From: a virus
Lineage: Duplodnaviria; Caudoviricetes
IMG/VR virus record: IMGVR_UViG_3300008266_000277
Location: 826 to 64,825 of that record
DNA: 64,000 nucleotides
Strand: one strand, 5' to 3'
Below, piece by piece: positions 1 through 9,673 of the stretch. The notes under the pieces are model-generated. The model worked only from the letters and a program-made list of their open reading frames with translations, was not told the DNA's origin and ran no database searches. The stretch's first letter is position 1. Each line of letters starts with the position of its first letter. The position numbers were made by a program, and so were the translations under genes.

Positions 1-1
1 A

Positions 2-490
2 CTTGAACTGCAGGCATTAGTTTACAATGAGTACGTTATTGTAACTAAGGACGATAAGTTAATCATAACTGAGAAAGCAAAGAAGCTAATCAAACAGATA
101 GAAGGATTGTTTGTACATGAAGCTAAGAATGCTGCAGCTAAAAAGCTAGGTGATAACTACGAGGAGAATATCAAAACATATAATGAGATGTTTCCAACTG
201 GTAAGTTACCAACTGGTAAGTATGCGCGCACTAATCTTAGTAACTTAAAGAATGCATTCAAATGGTTCTTTGATAACTTTGACTACGATTGGGAGACAAT
301 AATGCTAGCAACAGAAAGATATGTATATGAATTTGAGTTACAAGGATTCAAATATATGAGGACATCGCAGTACTTTATACGTAAGCAGGATCAGGATAAG
401 ACGTGGTCATCAGACTTAGCTAATTACTGTGAGATAGTGCTATCAGATGATGAAGAAAATGATACTCATTATTCAATTAAAGTTGTATAA
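2..490 (+). CDS. Partial (5' truncated) putative replication-initiator / winged-HTH protein upstream of the helicase
   Basis: Frame is open from position 2 (LELQALVYNEYVIVTKDDKLIITEKAKKLI..), extending the tracked 107..490 ORF. The start looks like a wHTH wing, and the gene sits directly before DnaB. Confidence 0.5.
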   Translation, partial: LELQALVYNEYVIVTKDDKLIITEKAKKLIKQIEGLFVHEAKNAAAKKLGDNYEENIKTYNEMFPTGKLPTGKYARTNLSNLKNAFKWFFDNFDYDWETIMLATERYVYEFELQGFKYMRTSQYFIRKQDQDKTWSSDLANYCEIVLSDDEENDTHYSIKVV

Positions 491-513
491 TTTGTAGATA
501 TTTCTTATCTTTA
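483..513 (+). promoter_or_regulatory. Putative Bacteroidota sigma-A type promoter
   Basis: TTG(483-485)-N20-TATCTTTA(506-513), close to the TTTG-N19-21-TAnnTTTG consensus, just upstream of dnaB. Confidence 0.45.
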
Positions 514-531
514 CCTCATAACCAAAATGAC

Positions 532-1533
532 ATGTCGAAAGAAGCAGCACTACCTTGGAAGTCAAGGAGAGAGGGGTTTATCTCCGCTCTAAAATACATG
601 AAAGGAAGAATGGAGGGTACAATTAAAACGTACAGAACTCCATGGGATAAAGTCAATGAAGCAGGTGTAGATGGTATAGAATGGAACTCTATGGTTATCA
701 TAGGAGGAAGACCAGGCACAGGCAAGACACTTATCAAAGATCAAATCATACGTGAAGGTTTTAAGTTGAACAAAGGACAGAACATTAAGGTCCTTGAGTT
801 CACGCTTGAAATGGTATCAGAGAAGTCCAGATTAAGAGAGTTCGCCAGTGTAGCAAAGAAATCTTATCGTTACTTATCTAATGCAGGTAAGAAAGATGAA
901 GGTCCATTAACAATGACTGACTTCGAGAAGTGTAAAGAGTATGCTATAGAAGCATCTAAACTACCAGTAGATGAGGTAGAGATGCCACCTAGCATAGAAG
1001 AGTTCGAGTCCACAGTGATAAAATATCTAGAGAGCAACTCAGTAGTAGAAGATGGAGTTAAGATATATTGTAATACAGTTATTACTCTTGACCACTCTAT
1101 CTTAATCAAAGGTGTAAACAAGCATGAGCTGCTCTATCTATTAGGAGAGACCTGCACAAAGCTTAAACGAAAGTACCCAATCATATTCATAATCTTAAGT
1201 CAGCTGGGTAGACAAGTAGAATCTCATGAGCGCAATGAAGATGGCAAGTATGGTAACTACATACTTGAGACAGATTTATTTGGAGCTGATGCATTACTAC
1301 AGCATGCAGACCTAGTAATAGGTATTAATAGACCAGCTAAGAAGTTTATCAAGTACTATGGGCCAGATCGATATATCATTGAAGATGATTCAGTGTTAGT
1401 GTTTCATTTCATAAAGTGTAGAAACGGAGATACCAGAATGAGTTTTTTCAGAGCAAAGTATAAGACAATGGAGATTGAAGAGATGGAGACCCCACCTCGT
1501 CATACAATGAGTACAGTTAAAAAAAGTAAGTAA
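532..1533 (+). CDS. dnaB: DnaB-like (SF4) replicative helicase, C-terminal ATPase domain only
   Basis: Walker A GGRPGTGKT, FTLEM, ITLDH, ILSQL, QHADLV and KCRNG motifs; 333 aa, no N-terminal domain. Confidence 0.9.
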   Translation: MSKEAALPWKSRREGFISALKYMKGRMEGTIKTYRTPWDKVNEAGVDGIEWNSMVIIGGRPGTGKTLIKDQIIREGFKLNKGQNIKVLEFTLEMVSEKSRLREFASVAKKSYRYLSNAGKKDEGPLTMTDFEKCKEYAIEASKLPVDEVEMPPSIEEFESTVIKYLESNSVVEDGVKIYCNTVITLDHSILIKGVNKHELLYLLGETCTKLKRKYPIIFIILSQLGRQVESHERNEDGKYGNYILETDLFGADALLQHADLVIGINRPAKKFIKYYGPDRYIIEDDSVLVFHFIKCRNGDTRMSFFRAKYKTMEIEEMETPPRHTMSTVKKSK

Positions 1534-1548
1534 AGTAAAATGTAGAAA

Positions 1549-2076
1549 ATGGTAACAGAAAAAACAACAAAAGAAAAGATCGAAGATCTTAAGAAGCTCC
1601 ACGAGGAGAAGTTTAAGAAGCTTGGGTTGACAAATCCACTGTTCATACCAAGGATATGTTATATTCCTATGGGTGAAGCAGAACAGGTTGTGTCATTCTT
1701 CGAGCAAGATTTTGCAAAAGGTAAAGATATCTATACCCACTTTGTAAGCAAAGGATATGATTCAGAGGATCCACAGAACAGATTATGGAAGTGGACCTAC
1801 AATCCATACTTTGCTACAGAGTATAAGAAATCTGATCCACATCCTGATACAGGTAACGTTAGATTTATCGTACCAGTAGAGGAGTTAGAACTTATTGATG
1901 ATGCATATTTCAATAAGGCCGCTCCTGCATCTGTAGCATTTGATATTGATGAGGCAATCCCTAATCCTAATGAGGATCCACTCATTGAGCAGATGACTAT
2001 CAGAGACCTGGCAGCTATCTTATTGAAGAAGCCTGTAAGCAGAAAGAAGTGGTTGAATGAAATCGTTACAAGATGA
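1549..2076 (+). CDS. Hypothetical phage protein with C-terminal MTIRDLAAI..KPVS.K.WLN motif
   Basis: 175-aa ORF in the replication operon, overlapping the next gene by ATGA. Confidence 0.75.
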   Translation: MVTEKTTKEKIEDLKKLHEEKFKKLGLTNPLFIPRICYIPMGEAEQVVSFFEQDFAKGKDIYTHFVSKGYDSEDPQNRLWKWTYNPYFATEYKKSDPHPDTGNVRFIVPVEELELIDDAYFNKAAPASVAFDIDEAIPNPNEDPLIEQMTIRDLAAILLKKPVSRKKWLNEIVTR

Positions 2077-2846
2077 GTATAGTACTTCCTACAGCAAAGG
2101 TATCTGCTGAAACAAAGAGTCCAAAGAATCTGATTATATTCTCTAAGCCAAAGGTAGGTAAGACAAGCTTAATTGCTGAGATACCTAACTGTTTGATCTT
2201 AGATCTAGAATCAGGTTCAGATTATGTAGATGCTTTGAAACTAAAAGCAAACTCAGTAGATGAGATACGTGATATAGGTAAAGCAATCATTGATGCTGGT
2301 AAACCATATGATTATATTGCAGTAGATACAATCACTGCATTAGAAGCCATGTGTGTTAAAGAAGCAGAGAAGCTTTACATGAACACGCCTATGGGTAAAG
2401 CAACATGGCTTAAGAAGAAAGCTGATGGTACATGGGATCCAGAATCTGCAAAGTTTAAGTATGGTACTGTTCTTAACTTACCTAATGGTCAAGGCTATGG
2501 TTATTTAAGAGATGCAATTGTAAAAACGATAGAGTATATCAAGACGCTAGCTCCAAGAATTATTCTTTTGGGTCACGTTAAAGATGCAATGATCGAGAAA
2601 GCAGGAGCAGAAGTTAACTCCATGGATCTTGATTTGACAGGTAAGATTAAGAGAATTGTATCATCGCAATCAGATGCCATTGGATATCTGTATCGCAAAG
2701 GCAATCAAAACATCCTGACATTTAAAACTAAGGATGATGTAGCTTGTGGTGCAAGACCAGTTCATTTAAGAAATCAGGACATCGTTGTCTCTGAGTTAGT
2801 AGATGGTGAGTTCGTTGCTCACTGGAATAAAGTATATATTGATTAA
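2073..2846 (+). CDS. AAA_24 / Sak4-like P-loop ATPase (single-strand annealing recombinase family)
   Basis: FSKPKVGKTS Walker A, ILDLESG, IAVDTIT Walker B, LLGHVK, DAIGYL; adjacent to an SSB-like gene. Confidence 0.8.
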   Translation: MSIVLPTAKVSAETKSPKNLIIFSKPKVGKTSLIAEIPNCLILDLESGSDYVDALKLKANSVDEIRDIGKAIIDAGKPYDYIAVDTITALEAMCVKEAEKLYMNTPMGKATWLKKKADGTWDPESAKFKYGTVLNLPNGQGYGYLRDAIVKTIEYIKTLAPRIILLGHVKDAMIEKAGAEVNSMDLDLTGKIKRIVSSQSDAIGYLYRKGNQNILTFKTKDDVACGARPVHLRNQDIVVSELVDGEFVAHWNKVYID

Positions 2847-2861
2847 TTAACAGTTTAAACA

Positions 2862-3611
2862 ATGGGTTTAAGTATTGACATCAAAATCCCTGGCTCTGGA
2901 GAAGCAGGCAAGGGTGGAGGATACAAAGGTATTGTACCAGGTAACTACAAAGCAAAGATTAATGAATTCTTACTATGGGATGAGCATTGGCGTCCAGACA
3001 ATGGGTTATTCTTAGTAATGAAAATGGAAACAGCAAAACCAACACCTGACTTTGAAGGTTACCCAATCAACTCTGAAGATCCTGAAGGACCAAAACATGA
3101 AGGCCTTGTAGGTAATGTGAAGTATAGCACATTTGCATATCGTACAAAGTATGATGCACGTAAAGGTAAAGAAGTAGAACGTGATGTAGCAATGCTAGAA
3201 GATCTACTTCGTCTGTGTATTGAACTAGATTGTGTTGAGTGGTTTAAAGCAGCACAGGGTAAGCATGAAACAATTCAAGAATGGATTGAAGCATTCAACA
3301 CTGACATGCCGTTTAAAGATAAATATCTTGAGGTATGTATTGGTGGTGAGCAATACATTGACAAAAAAGATGGTAAACTAAGAACTGGTTTGCACTTTGT
3401 GAAGTATGAGAAAGATGGTAACAAATATATCAATGCTTACAAATCTTTGATCAGTCCTAAGAAAATTGTACAGTATGATGAAGCTAAACACTTTAAGAAA
3501 GTAGAAGTTCCTGTAGTTGAGAACTTTGAGGCACCATCAGAGGTACAAGAAATGCCTGACATCAACGTCGATGATATGCCATTCGACATAGATACAGGAT
3601 TTGATATCTAA
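2862..3611 (+). CDS. Putative single-stranded DNA-binding protein
   Basis: PGNYKAKI beta-rich N-terminus, acidic C-terminal tail with DDMPF; lies between the Sak4-like gene and primase. Confidence 0.65.
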   Translation: MGLSIDIKIPGSGEAGKGGGYKGIVPGNYKAKINEFLLWDEHWRPDNGLFLVMKMETAKPTPDFEGYPINSEDPEGPKHEGLVGNVKYSTFAYRTKYDARKGKEVERDVAMLEDLLRLCIELDCVEWFKAAQGKHETIQEWIEAFNTDMPFKDKYLEVCIGGEQYIDKKDGKLRTGLHFVKYEKDGNKYINAYKSLISPKKIVQYDEAKHFKKVEVPVVENFEAPSEVQEMPDINVDDMPFDIDTGFDI

Positions 3612-3619
3612 TTAAATAC

Positions 3620-3650
3620 AGGGGGATGTAACAGTCCCCCTTATTTATTT
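3620..3650 (+). terminator. Rho-independent terminator
   Basis: AGGGGGAT-gtaaca-GTCCCCCT hairpin followed by a T-rich tract. Confidence 0.7.
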
Positions 3651-3656
3651 TATGTT

Positions 3657-4640
3657 ATGCTGAAATCAAAGAAAGTAATATTTTTTATTGAGGATGTACC
3701 AAGTACATGGGTATTTGAGCACTATCTAAATCTTACAGAAAAGCTTACAGGCCAGGGTATAAAGATGCGCTCAATATTCAAACAGGAACGTACACCGTCT
3801 ATGTGTATATATTACAGTAATGAAGACAAACAGTATAAGTTCAAAGATTTTTCAAGTGGTAAGTCAGGTAATGGTCCAGCATTAGTATCTGAGATGTACA
3901 GTATTACATATGGTCAGGCTATACACAAGATCATTAATGATTATACAACTTATCTTGAAGATGGACATATTGAGTCGATATCACTTGGTGATGAAGGTAT
4001 TGTATCTAAACCTAGATATAAAGTAACATCAGCAACTACACGTCCATGGAATACTGCAGATGCTAACTTCTGGGTACAATTTGGGATCAACTCTAAACTA
4101 CTAGATGCACATAACATAAAACCATTACAGAGATATACAATGACGCGCGTTATAAATGATGCAGAAGAAGTCATTACTATTGAGAGACATGGTATCTACG
4201 GGTATTATGACAATGAAGGTAATCTCTGTAAGATATATCAACCAGGACAAACAAGCAAGAAGTTTATCAAAGTAAAAGATTATATTCAAGCATCAGATCA
4301 ACTGACAGGGTCTAACTGCCTGATAATCTGTAGCTCACTTAAAGATGTATTATCTTTTAAGGCCATGAAGTTTAAAGGTATTGACGCTATTGCGCCAGAC
4401 AGTGAGAACTCCATGATCCCTAAAGAATACATGCATGATTTAATGAAAAGATATAAGAAGGTATATACTCTATTTGACGATGATGTTGCTGGTATAAAAG
4501 CAATGCATAAGTACAAAGAGATGTATGGAATTCCGTATCTTCATCTACAGATGTCAAAGGATCTATCAGATTCTGTACGCGACTATGGTATTAGTAGTGT
4601 ACAGGTAGTTTTGTATCACATGTTAAGTAAAGGAGTATGA
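3657..4640 (+). CDS. DnaG-like TOPRIM DNA primase
   Basis: ERTPSM..FKDFSSG N-terminal region, KIYQP, IICSSLKD, APDSE, LFDDDVAG, KDLSD TOPRIM motifs. Confidence 0.85.
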   Translation: MLKSKKVIFFIEDVPSTWVFEHYLNLTEKLTGQGIKMRSIFKQERTPSMCIYYSNEDKQYKFKDFSSGKSGNGPALVSEMYSITYGQAIHKIINDYTTYLEDGHIESISLGDEGIVSKPRYKVTSATTRPWNTADANFWVQFGINSKLLDAHNIKPLQRYTMTRVINDAEEVITIERHGIYGYYDNEGNLCKIYQPGQTSKKFIKVKDYIQASDQLTGSNCLIICSSLKDVLSFKAMKFKGIDAIAPDSENSMIPKEYMHDLMKRYKKVYTLFDDDVAGIKAMHKYKEMYGIPYLHLQMSKDLSDSVRDYGISSVQVVLYHMLSKGV

Positions 4641-5062
4641 GTTGGTTATATAATGGTGTTGAGTTCACCGATGAGATGATACCTGAAGGAGCAGTAGGGT
4701 TTATCTACCAGATGACAGCGATTATAAATGACAGAGCTGTTATGTATATAGGTAAGAAGAACTTCTATGCTAATCGTAAGGTAAAGCTAGGGAAGCGTGC
4801 TACTCTGGCACTGCAGGATAAACGCTTGAAGAAATACAAGCAAGTATCTAAGTTGGATTATCATAAGTATTATAGTAGTAATGATGTAATGAAAGCAGCA
4901 AGTAAAGCTAACATAAAAATCAAACGCGAGATACTCATGATATGCTTCAGTGCGACAGAGCTCACCTATCAGGAGGCTAAGCATCTATTCTGCAATGATG
5001 TGCTTGACAATCCATTATATCTTAACTCTAACATATTAGGTAAATTTTATAAGACAAAATGA
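4637..5062 (+). CDS. GIY-YIG family endonuclease
   Basis: GFIY...YIGKK, REIL, Y.E and LNSNI pattern typical of small phage GIY-YIG proteins. Confidence 0.7.
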   Translation: MSWLYNGVEFTDEMIPEGAVGFIYQMTAIINDRAVMYIGKKNFYANRKVKLGKRATLALQDKRLKKYKQVSKLDYHKYYSSNDVMKAASKANIKIKREILMICFSATELTYQEAKHLFCNDVLDNPLYLNSNILGKFYKTK

Positions 5063-6246
5063 ATATAAACGAAGAGAGCTTAGCTAAGACAACTAAGGAG
5101 CTCATGTTCAGCGAACCCTTCTATGGACTACTACTGGTAACATTGAATAAGTTATTCGATGATAAGGTAGGTACTGCATGTGTAGGTACATCAGGTATTA
5201 ATTTCAACCTGAAGATATCTCCTACATTTTGGCAGGAATTATCTGCAGATAGACGTAAAGGTTTATTAAAACATGAGTTAATGCATATGGCATTCTTTCA
5301 TCTAACAGATTACAAACATCTGGTAGAACATAGAGTAGCTAATATAGCAATGGACATTGAGATCAATCAATATATTGATCCAAGCTGGTTACCAGAAGGT
5401 GCGATGGGATTAGATACATTCCCAGAACTTAAGTTGAAACCTAAGATGGGTACCAAATATTATTATGATAAGCTCATGAAGCTCAAGGATGAGACAATGA
5501 AAGCACTCATGGATGCTATTGAGAAAGGAGAGACAAAGGTCACATTACCTGACGGGACACAAGTAACGTTGAGTAATCATGACTGGGAAGAAATTGATGG
5601 TCTTGATGAAGGTACACAACGTGTAATGAAGGACCAAATGGGTGGTATATTAAAACAAATAGCTGAACAAGTAGAGAAGTCTCGTGGTACAATACCAGGT
5701 GAGTTCAAAGATATACTCGAAGCATTGTTAAATATACCTGAGCCTAAGTTTGATTGGAAGAGTTATATCAGGAGATTTACTGGTAAATCTGTTAAGGTCT
5801 ATACTAAGAAGAGTAGACGTAAGCTTAGCAAGAGGTACGAGGATAATCCAGGCCTGAAGATCAAACAAAAGAAACACATACTAGTAGGTATAGATACATC
5901 AGGATCTGTAAGAAAAGATGAGCTAGAAGAATTTCTATGTGAAATTCATCATCTACATAAGACAGGTAGTGATGTAACTATTGTACAGTGTGACACAGCC
6001 ATTGCCCATATAGGTAGTTATAAGCCAGGTGAAGATTATAAGATCCATGGTAGAGGAGGCACAAGCTTCCAACCTGTTATTGATTATTATAACGAGCATA
6101 TGAATAATATCAGTTGTCTGATTTATTTTACAGATGGTGAGGCACCTGCGCCAATTAATGCTAAGGGTAATATCCTGTGGGTACTAAGTAGCGAGAGTAA
6201 TGATAACGACGAGCTCCCTGGAGCAGTAATTAAATTAGAAGTATGA
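5059..6246 (+). CDS. DUF2201-type metallopeptidase (HExxH) + vWA domain protein
   Basis: HELMH..H, NIAMDIEINQ, vWA MIDAS DTSGS, GRGGTSF, YFTDG. Confidence 0.85.
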   Translation: MNINEESLAKTTKELMFSEPFYGLLLVTLNKLFDDKVGTACVGTSGINFNLKISPTFWQELSADRRKGLLKHELMHMAFFHLTDYKHLVEHRVANIAMDIEINQYIDPSWLPEGAMGLDTFPELKLKPKMGTKYYYDKLMKLKDETMKALMDAIEKGETKVTLPDGTQVTLSNHDWEEIDGLDEGTQRVMKDQMGGILKQIAEQVEKSRGTIPGEFKDILEALLNIPEPKFDWKSYIRRFTGKSVKVYTKKSRRKLSKRYEDNPGLKIKQKKHILVGIDTSGSVRKDELEEFLCEIHHLHKTGSDVTIVQCDTAIAHIGSYKPGEDYKIHGRGGTSFQPVIDYYNEHMNNISCLIYFTDGEAPAPINAKGNILWVLSSESNDNDELPGAVIKLEV

Positions 6247-6419
6247 TTTGTTGTATTTGTAAGCAAGAAATAAAAGATGAGTATGGGCATAATCCTGCAC
6301 CTATTCCAACAGAATGGCCAGAGCAAAGATGCTGTGACATATGTAATGCTGGGATTGTAATACCAGCAAGATTAGAACAAGCAATGAAATTAAACGACGA
6401 GAAAGATGAAAACAAATAG
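6243..6419 (+). CDS. Small 58-aa zinc-finger protein (not in the ORF track)
   Basis: Hand translation MICCICKQEIKDEYGHNPAPIPTEWPEQRCCDICNAGIVIPARLEQAMKLNDEKDENK*; ATGA overlap with the vWA gene stop; fills the gap before MoxR. Confidence 0.75.
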   Translation: MICCICKQEIKDEYGHNPAPIPTEWPEQRCCDICNAGIVIPARLEQAMKLNDEKDENK

Positions 6420-7599
6420 TGTAAGATTAGACAGTAATGAATTGAAAGATTTCTTGAAGCACATGATTGAAAACAATCGTGTTATTCAAGCAGATGGAAA
6501 AAATCCTGTTGCAGTAGAGATAATTGGTGAGTCAGGTTTAGGTAAGACAAGTAGTGTAATTCAATTAGCTAATGAAGAGAAACTGAATTTTGTCAAGCTA
6601 AACTTAGCACAGATCGAGGAGCTAGGTGACTTAGTAGGTTTCCCTATCAGACAATTTAAGTTAGTTAAGGAAGCAGAGTCAGGTCTCAAAGTTCAGCAAT
6701 GGGTAGATGAGCATGCTGTAGAAGAATACACACGTCAGGGATATAAGTTTACAGGCCAGAAGAGAATGTCATACTGTCCACCAGAATGGATAGCAGACAA
6801 AGTAGGTGGAGGTATCTTACTACTAGATGACTGGAACAGAGCTGATATTAGATTCATTCAGGCAGTGATGGAGCTAGTAGATCGTCAGGAGTATATCTCA
6901 TGGAAGCTTCCAAAGGATTGGCATATCTTATTGACTGCTAACCCAGACAATGGTAGCTACATGGTAAATACTATTGACGTTGCGCAAAGAACCAGATTTG
7001 TTAGTGTTGAATATAAGTTTGATGTAGACAGATGGGCAGAGTGGGCTGAGGCTAATCACATTGACTCCAGATGTATCAACTTTTTATTGATGCACCCAGA
7101 GGTAATCAATGAGCGAGTTAATCCAAGAAGTATCACTACGTTCTTCAATGCTATCAGTTCTATTCCTAAGTTTGAAGATAAGCTGGGATTAATTCAGCAG
7201 ATAGGTGAAGGTTCAGTAGGTCAGGAGGTAGCAAGTCTGTTTACACAGTTCATTGCAAATAAATTAGATAAGTTAATCACTCCTAAGAAGATGTTGTTAG
7301 AAAGTACAACTGGTGCTATTATAAATGAGTTACGTGATATTATGTATGATACCAGTGGATACCGTGCAGATATTGCCAGTCTAATGACCAGCAGACTTAC
7401 TAACTATGGGTTATTTTATGCAGAGAAGAATCCAATTGATCAGAAGATTCTTGATCGTATAGTAGGGCTTATAGAAGAAGAAGACCTGTTCAACTATGAT
7501 CTGAAGTATATCATTGCTAAGAAATTTGTAGCAGGTAACAAGGCTAAGTTTCAGAAGCTTGTACTTACGCCAACAGTTAATGATCTTATTACAAAGTAA
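6406..7599 (+). CDS. MoxR-like AAA+ ATPase
   Basis: GESGLGKTS, GDLVGFP, LLLDDWNRA, LTANP, AQRTRF, NPRS; neighbours a vWA gene. Confidence 0.85.
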   Translation: MKTNSVRLDSNELKDFLKHMIENNRVIQADGKNPVAVEIIGESGLGKTSSVIQLANEEKLNFVKLNLAQIEELGDLVGFPIRQFKLVKEAESGLKVQQWVDEHAVEEYTRQGYKFTGQKRMSYCPPEWIADKVGGGILLLDDWNRADIRFIQAVMELVDRQEYISWKLPKDWHILLTANPDNGSYMVNTIDVAQRTRFVSVEYKFDVDRWAEWAEANHIDSRCINFLLMHPEVINERVNPRSITTFFNAISSIPKFEDKLGLIQQIGEGSVGQEVASLFTQFIANKLDKLITPKKMLLESTTGAIINELRDIMYDTSGYRADIASLMTSRLTNYGLFYAEKNPIDQKILDRIVGLIEEEDLFNYDLKYIIAKKFVAGNKAKFQKLVLTPTVNDLITK

Positions 7600-7601
7600 T
7601 T

Positions 7602-8636
7602 ATGTTAAAGCAAAGAGCAAGAGTAATTCATGATCCATCAAGACGTGGTGGATTACGAATAGAAAGAGTGTATAATGTAAGTCATGAAGATGCAGTAGCT
7701 TATGCAAAGACACGGTCCCTGGAAGTAAACCCAGGGACTGTTTTGTTTTATCTACCTAATGTAGGTATTACACGATTTAAGTTAAAAGCATTTTCAGAAA
7801 AGGTAGGTATATCATCTACAAAGACAATAGATAAGGCTGATTACATCATTATTAATGACGGAGAGAAGTCTAGATCTATGAAGAGCCTTAGCACACAGCA
7901 AGTGCTGTATACAAGATATTGTATTCAGAGACCAGATGAGAAGATGCGATTATGGCAAGAAGTTTTAGATCCAAGTACTAACATTCATGATCCTGAATTT
8001 GTACGGGAATTAAATGAAGCAAAAGGATTAGAGATAATCATATCTGAAGATGATGCAGATAAGCAGGCAAAATTTATTCATGATCAAACTGGAAGATATG
8101 TTTGGTGGCATTATGGATATATTGAAAAGAATTTTATATCTTTGCCACATCCAAGTCTCTACTCCAAGCTAAGACATCAAGACGACATCAGTTACTTAGT
8201 AAATCAAGACGCAATTATTATTACTGACGAAAAACGTGTGGAGCTCCAGCGTATGTTCGATAGCCAGCAAGAAGATAATATCATACTTGCAATGGAAATC
8301 ATGGCTAATTCTAACTACGAAGAGAGTATCTTAAACAATTACCTACTCATTGTTACCAACGCATATAAAATAAACAACCAAAAAGAATCAGGTCACAAGA
8401 ACTTCGTGTCATTGTTAGCATTCTATGGTATCAATCTAAAGTACATGAGTTCACGTATTACTAATAGTAATGTTGATGAAATTGCAGGCATGCTAAAAGA
8501 ATACGGTCAGCTAACAGAAGAATCAATGCAAAAGTTATTAGCCTATTATGCAGATCAAAACAATCAGTACGTAGGTAAATACTGTAATTCATTGTTGGTA
8601 CCAAATGATGATTTAGAATATGATGGACACGAATGA
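7602..8636 (+). CDS. Hypothetical protein with possible BRCT-like N-terminal domain
   Basis: 344 aa; LFYLPNVGITRFKLK..GI..TKTIDKADYIII resembles a BRCT alpha/beta pattern; helical C-terminus. Confidence 0.5.
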   Translation: MLKQRARVIHDPSRRGGLRIERVYNVSHEDAVAYAKTRSLEVNPGTVLFYLPNVGITRFKLKAFSEKVGISSTKTIDKADYIIINDGEKSRSMKSLSTQQVLYTRYCIQRPDEKMRLWQEVLDPSTNIHDPEFVRELNEAKGLEIIISEDDADKQAKFIHDQTGRYVWWHYGYIEKNFISLPHPSLYSKLRHQDDISYLVNQDAIIITDEKRVELQRMFDSQQEDNIILAMEIMANSNYEESILNNYLLIVTNAYKINNQKESGHKNFVSLLAFYGINLKYMSSRITNSNVDEIAGMLKEYGQLTEESMQKLLAYYADQNNQYVGKYCNSLLVPNDDLEYDGHE

Positions 8637-9663
8637 AAAATTAATTAGGGAGAGTGATTTCTACAGCTCTCCCTTTAACTTCAGCTATAGCAGTCTGAAT
8701 AGATTATTGTATGCACCTGGACTATTCTATACAGAGTATGTGTTAGGTATGAAAGAAGTTAAGACAGATGCACATCTAATAGAAGGTAAGTTAATTCACT
8801 ACCTAATGTTGGATAGTGCACTGTTCTCTGACAAGTTCATATTAGCATCAGGTAATCTACCAACTGATAGCGTGAAGACAGTAGTAGATATTGTATATGA
8901 AGTAATCGATAGGAGCGAAGATAAGACTCTAGATGATTACGCAGACGTAGTACTAATTACGTTAAAACAAGTTAATTTATATCAGAAGTTTGTTGATGAT
9001 AAGAAACCTGACAAAGATGGTATTCAGAAGACTGCAGATGAGAAGCGCCTGGAGAAGGTACTTACTACTGAAGCAAGAGAGTACTTTGAGTTTCTTAAAG
9101 TAAAAGGAACAAAAGATATCATTGATCAAACCACACTCGACAAGTGCACTCAAGCAGCTGATATTCTAAAGAGCAATTCAAAGATCCGTCAATTGCTTGC
9201 ACTTGATGAAGTACATGATGGAACAACTATTGGAATTTATAACGAGTTAGCTATAGATGGACCACTAGAAGGTTTTTCATTTGGTATCAAGGGCATCATT
9301 GACAACATGGTGGTTGATGTTAAGCGTAAGCTTGTTACAATAAATGACTTAAAAACGAGTAATAAATCGCTCAATGAATTCTCTGAGTCAGTAGATTATT
9401 GGAACTATTGGATGCAGGCCGCCATGTATGTTAAGCTCGCAAAGATATTTCTTAAGGATGTAATAGATGATTCATGGACAATAGTGTTCAACTTCATTGT
9501 AATTGATAAGTATAATCAGACGTATCCATTCAAAGTAACTAATGTTACTATGGATAAGTGGATGGAAAGATTAGACGCTCAGTTACAAGAAGCTAAGTGG
9601 CACTATGAAAACAGAGACTATAGTTTACCTTATAAGTTCATAAGCGGGGAAGTTTTACTTTAA
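8620..9663 (+). CDS. PD-(D/E)XK exonuclease (RecB/Cas4-like)
   Basis: FSYSSL, G.LIH, E..KGIIDNM..INDLKT, Q.AMY motifs. Confidence 0.8.
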   Translation: MMDTNEKLIRESDFYSSPFNFSYSSLNRLLYAPGLFYTEYVLGMKEVKTDAHLIEGKLIHYLMLDSALFSDKFILASGNLPTDSVKTVVDIVYEVIDRSEDKTLDDYADVVLITLKQVNLYQKFVDDKKPDKDGIQKTADEKRLEKVLTTEAREYFEFLKVKGTKDIIDQTTLDKCTQAADILKSNSKIRQLLALDEVHDGTTIGIYNELAIDGPLEGFSFGIKGIIDNMVVDVKRKLVTINDLKTSNKSLNEFSESVDYWNYWMQAAMYVKLAKIFLKDVIDDSWTIVFNFIVIDKYNQTYPFKVTNVTMDKWMERLDAQLQEAKWHYENRDYSLPYKFISGEVLL

Positions 9664-9673
9664 CACTTTAACA

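Noticed and set aside
4637-5062. GIY-YIG gene as a mobile homing endonuclease or intron ORF
   Set aside because: It overlaps both neighbours by ATGA, has no separate DNA-binding tail, and no interrupted host gene flanks it.
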